From NCBI GenBank assembly GCA_964016885.1, contig OZ024745.1, positions 122,388,001 to 122,452,000 of the forward strand: DNA of 64,000 bases, in the 5' to 3' direction. This DNA is from Eledone cirrhosa. Its lineage: Eukaryota. Under the pieces are notes generated by a model that was not told where the DNA came from, ran no database searches, and saw only the letters and a list, made by a program, of their open reading frames with translations. A program made the position numbers and the translations under genes. Positions within the stretch are counted from its first letter, which is position 1. Every line of letters starts with the position of its first letter. Of the stretch, positions 62,301 through 64,000 are shown piece by piece.

Positions 62301-62528
62301 TTTCCCTTTCCTTGCAAGTTGCTAGCCTTGTGCTGAAAGTAGAGACAATTATTATTAGTAGTTGTAGTTTATTTTCTGATTTTAAGTTTTTTTACATCTG
62401 AAATAAGGAAAAGAACAACATTTTAATTGCAGGAAGAGTTGATGCGAGAACGTGAAGAATTTGAACTGGAGAAAAAAAAGAATTCGGAAAATCTGGAAAA
62501 TGATAGCTTGCAGCTTCAAAAAGAAAAG
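8898..62528 (+). CDS. ARHGEF18/AKAP13-like: Lbc-family Rho guanine nucleotide exchange factor (DH-PH-coiled coil), partial 21-exon gene model; 5' and 3' ends not identified
   Basis: 21 AG/GT-bounded exons join with compatible phases into a stop-free frame of about 768 codons. Family motifs: [27 protein letters not shown] (DH start), RLTKYP, PH domain ([30 protein letters not shown]), [11 protein letters not shown] and an E/K-rich coiled coil. The exact vertebrate orthologue cannot be resolved. Confidence 0.93.
9985..10230 (+). mobile_element. RTE-clade LINE 3' end; related minus-strand copies at about 14290-14448, 15540-15730, 35660-35860
   Basis: Translates as [20 protein letters not shown]...DRTSWKR, a typical RTE ORF C-terminus. 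Confidence 0.78.
10517..10857 (+). mobile_element. tRNA-derived SINE family B, full length
   Basis: Near-identical to 21810-22164; tRNA head directly after (TA)n; (TGA)n tail. Confidence 0.88.
11199..11595. mobile_element. TTAA-type MITE family 2 with a nested Tc2-like MITE; other family-2 copies at about 6640-6827, 7130-7281, 39395-39560, 42766-43001, 44137-44370, 49373-49609
   Basis: Shared internal caaacaccagcttaatgagaaagttagttatattactaaatcc and ttaaccc/gggttaa ends. Confidence 0.7.
11246..11413. mobile_element. Tc2/pogo-like MITE, about 170 bp; second copy at 17243-17412
   Basis: TA-flanked TIRs ccgtatttcccagcgtcgaagacgc / gcgtcttcggcgccaggaaatatgg. Confidence 0.82.
11656..11699 (+). 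CDS. RhoGEF exon ([14 protein letters not shown])
   Basis: atcag acceptor, gtaagt donor; resembles the S.ESL.DE motif upstream of the DH domain in AKAP13. Confidence 0.82.
12220..12311 (+). CDS. RhoGEF exon ([31 protein letters not shown])
   Basis: ttgcag/gtaagg boundaries; E.E.WS motif that precedes the DH domain in Lbc GEFs. Confidence 0.9.
13116..13167 (+). CDS. RhoGEF exon, DH start ([17 protein letters not shown])
   Basis: ttgcag/gtaagt; KRQ.HIYE motif. Confidence 0.93.
14221..14273 (+). CDS. RhoGEF exon, DH CR1 ([18 protein letters not shown])
   Basis: tttcag/gtaggt; EL..TE motif. Confidence 0.93.
16169..16392. repeat. Fold-back element, about 90-bp arms; same family as 43444-43830 but lacking the central tRNA heads
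   Basis: atagaagctttcgctgtatt...ggaaaaggataagtat pairs with atactcctccttttcc...aatactgcaagagcttctat. Confidence 0.8.
17595..17774 (+). CDS. RhoGEF exon, DH (IIYDGLL...[16 protein letters not shown]...IGKTLIEQ)
   Basis: ttgtag/gtgagt; 180 nt; FP.LDELL..H..FL motif. Confidence 0.94.
18267..18389 (+). CDS. RhoGEF exon, DH ([24 protein letters not shown]...FLSFVK)
   Basis: taacag/gtaagt; YG.FCS.H motif. Confidence 0.94.
19531..19950. mobile_element. hAT-like non-autonomous element with an internal tandem duplication of about 90 bp
   Basis: Ends cagtgattctcaaa / ggttgggaatcact; tacaccaagg...cctgtctcacctcctcc occurs twice (about 19642 and 19731). Confidence 0.6.
20028..20145 (+). CDS. RhoGEF exon, DH CR3 ([39 protein letters not shown])
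   Basis: ttgcag/gtaaac; RLTKYP motif. Confidence 0.94.
21294..21409. mobile_element. TTAA-type MITE family 3, about 115 bp; copies at about 16555, 42421, 47418, 49250, 59010(-)
   Basis: ttaacctttagca...cccttgacactgcattatgtattaaggggaggttactct...agattaa, recurring. Confidence 0.72.
21580..21746 (+). CDS. RhoGEF exon, DH end ([12 protein letters not shown]...[10 protein letters not shown]...RGRKFK)
   Basis: ttgtag/gtaatt; matches the ORF track at 21489-21758. Confidence 0.94.
21810..22164 (+). mobile_element. tRNA-derived SINE family B, full length
   Basis: Near-identical to the 2265-2598 and 10517-10857 copies. Confidence 0.88.
22492..23235. repeat. Pyrimidine-rich 28-bp minisatellite
   Basis: Unit tcactcttcccttctctcttcctctcta repeated about 25 times with variants. 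Confidence 0.95.
23457..23538 (+). CDS. RhoGEF exon, PH start ([27 protein letters not shown])
   Basis: ttgtag/gtaagg; RKLIHEG...WK motif. Confidence 0.93.
24240..24462 (-). mobile_element. CR1-like LINE 3' end
   Basis: Minus strand translates as [27 protein letters not shown]...RAAATNS, followed by the tail caagggcggtgccccagc...gataaaagag. Confidence 0.7.
24658..25240. mobile_element. Putative non-autonomous Penelope-like element: inverted repeat of about 135 bp, each arm carrying a hammerhead motif, embedded in (TA)n
   Basis: 24658-24793 is the reverse complement of 25105-25240 with few mismatches; spacer about 310 nt. Confidence 0.7.
25120..25207 (+). ncRNA. Type I hammerhead ribozyme motif with intact core and long stem II
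   Basis: tcattttCAC-CTGATGA(25130)-47-nt hairpin-GAAA(25184)C-GCGT-GTC-GTGattaaaatga. Confidence 0.72.
25821..25906 (+). CDS. RhoGEF exon, PH ([29 protein letters not shown])
   Basis: tttcag/gtttgt; LTD...L.QE..QKY.F motif. Confidence 0.93.
26600..26789 (+). CDS. RhoGEF exon, PH end ([15 protein letters not shown]...PEMYELVC...[15 protein letters not shown])
   Basis: tttcag/gtaaat; LLVRE and PEMYEL motifs and the terminal PH Trp. Confidence 0.94.
27050..27171 (-). ncRNA. Type I hammerhead ribozyme motif with a 95-nt branched stem II
   Basis: Minus strand: TCCA-CTGATGA-aTTATAAGA...TCTTATAAc-GAAA-T-GATC-GTA-TGGA. Confidence 0.7.
27660..27995 (+). mobile_element. RTE-clade LINE 3' fragment with an internal inversion
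   Basis: Plus strand [13 protein letters not shown]...KRKRGRQ; the preceding segment LLGIC...[10 protein letters not shown] is on the minus strand. Confidence 0.75.
29348..29434 (+). CDS. RhoGEF exon ([29 protein letters not shown]); acceptor could instead be at 29354
   Basis: Two in-frame acceptors (aag ending 29347, cag ending 29353); gtaaat donor; phase 1-1. Confidence 0.85.
30565..30743. mobile_element. pogo/Tigger-like MITE inserted in (TA)n
   Basis: TIR cagtgaaataccgttataacgaa / ttcgttataacggaattttact; internal ttcgttataa repeats. Confidence 0.78.
31320..32027 (+). repeat. Tandem array of about 115-120-bp units derived from the SINE-B/RTE-like tail
   Basis: Recurring ggttggtgttaggaagggcatc...ctggccagac...ctcataacaggaccacccagctc; ends in (TGA)n. 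Confidence 0.75.
32394..32779. repeat. Near-perfect inverted repeat, about 187-bp arms and 12-nt loop, with a minimal hammerhead-like motif in each arm
   Basis: 32394-32580 vs 32593-32779; flanked by (TA)n. Confidence 0.92.
32819..33232. repeat. Compound (TA)n microsatellite with interspersed GTGGG units
   Basis: Direct reading; source of six spurious IY-repeat ORFs. Confidence 0.95.
34312..34484 (+). CDS. RhoGEF exon ([18 protein letters not shown]...LAEAM)
   Basis: ttctag/gtatgt; post-PH helix L...D..I....EK pattern. Confidence 0.88.
34543..34830 (+). mobile_element. Fragment of a CRE/NeSL-like (RLE-type) non-LTR retrotransposon
   Basis: [24 protein letters not shown] matches the post-RT P...GGLG.R.A..A...S motif. 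Confidence 0.6.
36249..36312 (+). CDS. RhoGEF exon ([21 protein letters not shown])
   Basis: cattag/gtaagt; phase 0-1 links the flanking exons. Confidence 0.85.
43444..43830. mobile_element. Head-to-head palindromic dimer of a tRNA-headed short element, in (TA)n
   Basis: About 190-bp arms with 8-nt loop (43630-43637); arms begin with tRNA-like ggtgtaatggtaacac...gtgggttcaactcccat. Confidence 0.82.
44543..44656 (-). ncRNA. Type I hammerhead-like motif with an 82-nt stem II
   Basis: Minus strand: TGCTTT-CTGAAGA-tGTG...CACa-GAAAC-ATAT-GTT-ATAGCA. Confidence 0.55.
44810..45772 (+). mobile_element. Cluster of three decayed RTE-clade LINE C-terminal fragments
   Basis: [15 protein letters not shown]...[23 protein letters not shown]...[11 protein letters not shown] and RKLTWYGHL. 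Confidence 0.85.
48030..48302. repeat. Tandem repeat of about 65-70 bp, 4 copies
   Basis: gtggtgttattaagttagccatggtttgagctgct...gaaacttatctgaagtt. Confidence 0.85.
48425..48730 (+). mobile_element. CR1/Jockey-like LINE C-terminal fragment
   Basis: [24 protein letters not shown] motif. Confidence 0.7.
50952..51104 (+). CDS. RhoGEF exon ([12 protein letters not shown]...[17 protein letters not shown])
   Basis: cttcag/gtaagg; P.RAETF.GFD is a hallmark motif of AKAP13/ARHGEF18/ARHGEF28. Confidence 0.92.
54874..54968 (+). CDS. RhoGEF exon ([32 protein letters not shown])
   Basis: atttag/gtaaga; phase 1-0, stop-free. Confidence 0.8.
55957..56202 (+). CDS. RhoGEF exon ([11 protein letters not shown]...[10 protein letters not shown])
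   Basis: Long polypyrimidine tract + tcttag, gtgagt donor; 246 nt, phase 0-0. Confidence 0.8.
56449..56566. repeat. GC-rich fold-back, about 55-bp arms, between (TA)n tracts
   Basis: tgaagagattcgggaccccgatggctgagctccg pairs with cggagctcagccgtcggggttctgaatctcttca. Confidence 0.85.
56839..56930 (-). ncRNA. Type I hammerhead-like motif with a 60-nt stem II; decayed paralogue at 24064-24151
   Basis: Minus strand: agaagt-CTGATGA-G...C-GAAAC-ATGT-GTC-acaact. Confidence 0.6.
57361..57395 (+). CDS. RhoGEF exon ([11 protein letters not shown])
   Basis: tcacag/gtacgt; resembles the family motif QQDS.IE. Confidence 0.8.
57442..57743. mobile_element. Non-autonomous hAT (Charlie-like) element
   Basis: TIRs caggcatgggcaacc / ggttgcccatcactg; perfect 8-bp TSD atctaaat (57434-57441 and 57744-57751). 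Confidence 0.88.
58245..58480 (-). mobile_element. RTE-like LINE 3' fragment; similar fragment at about 47070-47420(-)
   Basis: Minus strand reads [15 protein letters not shown]...RKTWD-like. Confidence 0.65.
59434..59539 (+). CDS. RhoGEF exon, coiled coil ([11 protein letters not shown]...QLEGLRNLK)
   Basis: tttcag/gtaata; phase 2-0; QLE.LRNL motif. Confidence 0.88.
60540..62090 (+). mobile_element. Decayed RTE-clade LINE (endonuclease remnant to RT)
   Basis: [57 protein letters not shown]; TWNITTL near 60648. Confidence 0.88.
62433..62528 (+). CDS. RhoGEF exon, coiled coil ([16 protein letters not shown]...LQKEK)
   Basis: ttgcag/gtgaga; E/K/R-rich heptads. Confidence 0.88.
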
Positions 62529-63470
62529 GTGAGAAAAAAAATGTTAAATGTTTGTTATTGTTCAACAAAGTTCAACAAAGTCTTAGATAGTTATGGGCGA
62601 AAACTCTTGCTGGTGGGTTTCTTCTCTGATGACCTTCTGCTGTCCAGCTCTCCTGAGAGTTTCTTACTACCACTGTATCCACAATCTGGAGACAATAGAC
62701 AGCTTGGTTGGTGTGATGATAAGGTTCAGTTACTTTAGTGATGTAACTATTGTTAGAGATGGAAGTAATAACTTATGGGGTTCCATTTGAAAGCATTGAA
62801 AGGACTTTATGGGATATTTATTTCTCTTGGTCACAGGTGTTCCTATATATGTAAAGGATGCATTAGATCATCGTATTTGTTTCAGTTTTCTCCACTCAGA
62901 ATTCCAATCCCACTGAGGGCAGCTTTACGTTCATCCATTGTATGTATGTATGTATGTATGTATGGACTAGTAACTCTTGGTGGAGGCGTATTGATAGACA
63001 GCATTTCTTGGACGTTTTAAACCTTGCATATCCTATCTCTCTCTAGGTCTGAACACAGCTGATTTCTTCCAGAGAAATACAGAGAGGGTGAGAAAGAGAT
63101 ATACAGAAAGAATTGATACCAGTACTTGACTGGTGCATTTTTGTATTGTCCTCAAAAGAAATTTCGTCCTTTCTGGATCAATAAGTGTAGTGCCAGAGTA
63201 TAGCAGTAGACTAATGAAGTTGTAAGAGTTCTAAACATGATGCTTGTGATGGCTTTTTCTGTCCTTTGCAGTCTAAGTTTACCTGTGATATCACTGGTGT
63301 CAAACTGTATTGGGCATGGCCTTTTGCTTGCACATAAGTGGTGTGGAGACATGTATGTATGGGCAACTGCTGGTCTTCCACAAAACCCCTGCCTTGGTCT
63401 GCACAGGTGTAGATCCATGGTTTCACATGACATACAGAGGCTCCAGCAGAAAAAACATCACTCTATTAAT

Positions 63471-63753
63471 CTATTAAGGTAGGCTATAGGTATAAATAGT
63501 ACTGGTCAGTCTATTAAGGAAGGCTATAGGTATAAATAGTACTAGTCAGTCTATTAAGGTAGGCTATAGGTATAAATAGTACTAGTCAGTCTATTAAGGA
63601 AGGCTATAGGTATAAATACTATTGGTCAGTCTATTAAGGAAGGCTATAGGTATAAATAGTACTGGTCAGTCTGTAGGTATGCTATAGGTATAAATAGTAC
63701 TGGTCAGTCTGTAGGAAGGCTATAGGTATAAATGGCACAGGTCAGTCTGTTAA
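63471..63753. repeat. 40-bp minisatellite, about 7 copies
   Basis: Unit ctattaaggtaggctataggtataaatagtactggtcagt. Confidence 0.95.
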
Positions 63754-64000
63754 GGAGAGATAATTATATTTGTCTGGTTATATAATATAAATTACTTAAG
63801 ATAATTTATTACAATTTAAGTTTTTTTTTCATTTTTAATTTTAGTCTATTATTTTATCATCATCATCATCATCATCATTGTCATCAGCAGCATTTCCTTG
63901 TTGCCATTATCATTACCATATTTGATTGTTTTACTTTTTGCAACAATGGATAAAATAGTCTAGAGTGTTAGAGCTTCTGTTTATTTGAATATTAGGAAAT

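Noticed and set aside
63471-63753. CRISPR-like periodic repeats (also 48030-48302 and 8078-8320)
   Set aside because: Contiguous tandem units without unique spacers, eukaryotic context, no cas genes

Overview
AT-rich eukaryotic DNA full of microsatellites and transposon fragments; the repeat families point to an octopod cephalopod (inference). The window is the interior of one + strand gene. I spliced 21 GT-AG exons (8898-62528, 2305 nt, about 768 codons, all intron phases compatible). They encode the DH and PH domains and the C-terminal coiled-coil region of an Lbc-family RhoGEF (AKAP13/ARHGEF18/ARHGEF2/ARHGEF28-like). The start and stop codons were not found. The introns hold two tRNA-derived SINE families, TTAA-, TA- and hAT-type MITEs, decayed RTE, CR1, CRE-like and RNase H-bearing LINE fragments, and minisatellites. 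The most unusual signal is about a dozen type I hammerhead-ribozyme-like motifs from several unrelated sequence families. Several have an unusually long or branched stem II (47-95 nt), most sit next to (TA)n tracts, and two families occur as long inverted repeats. There are also head-to-head palindromic tRNA-SINE dimers. Together these suggest a set of non-coding, Penelope-like or retrozyme-like retroelements inside the RhoGEF pre-mRNA. All structures were folded by eye and none has been tested.
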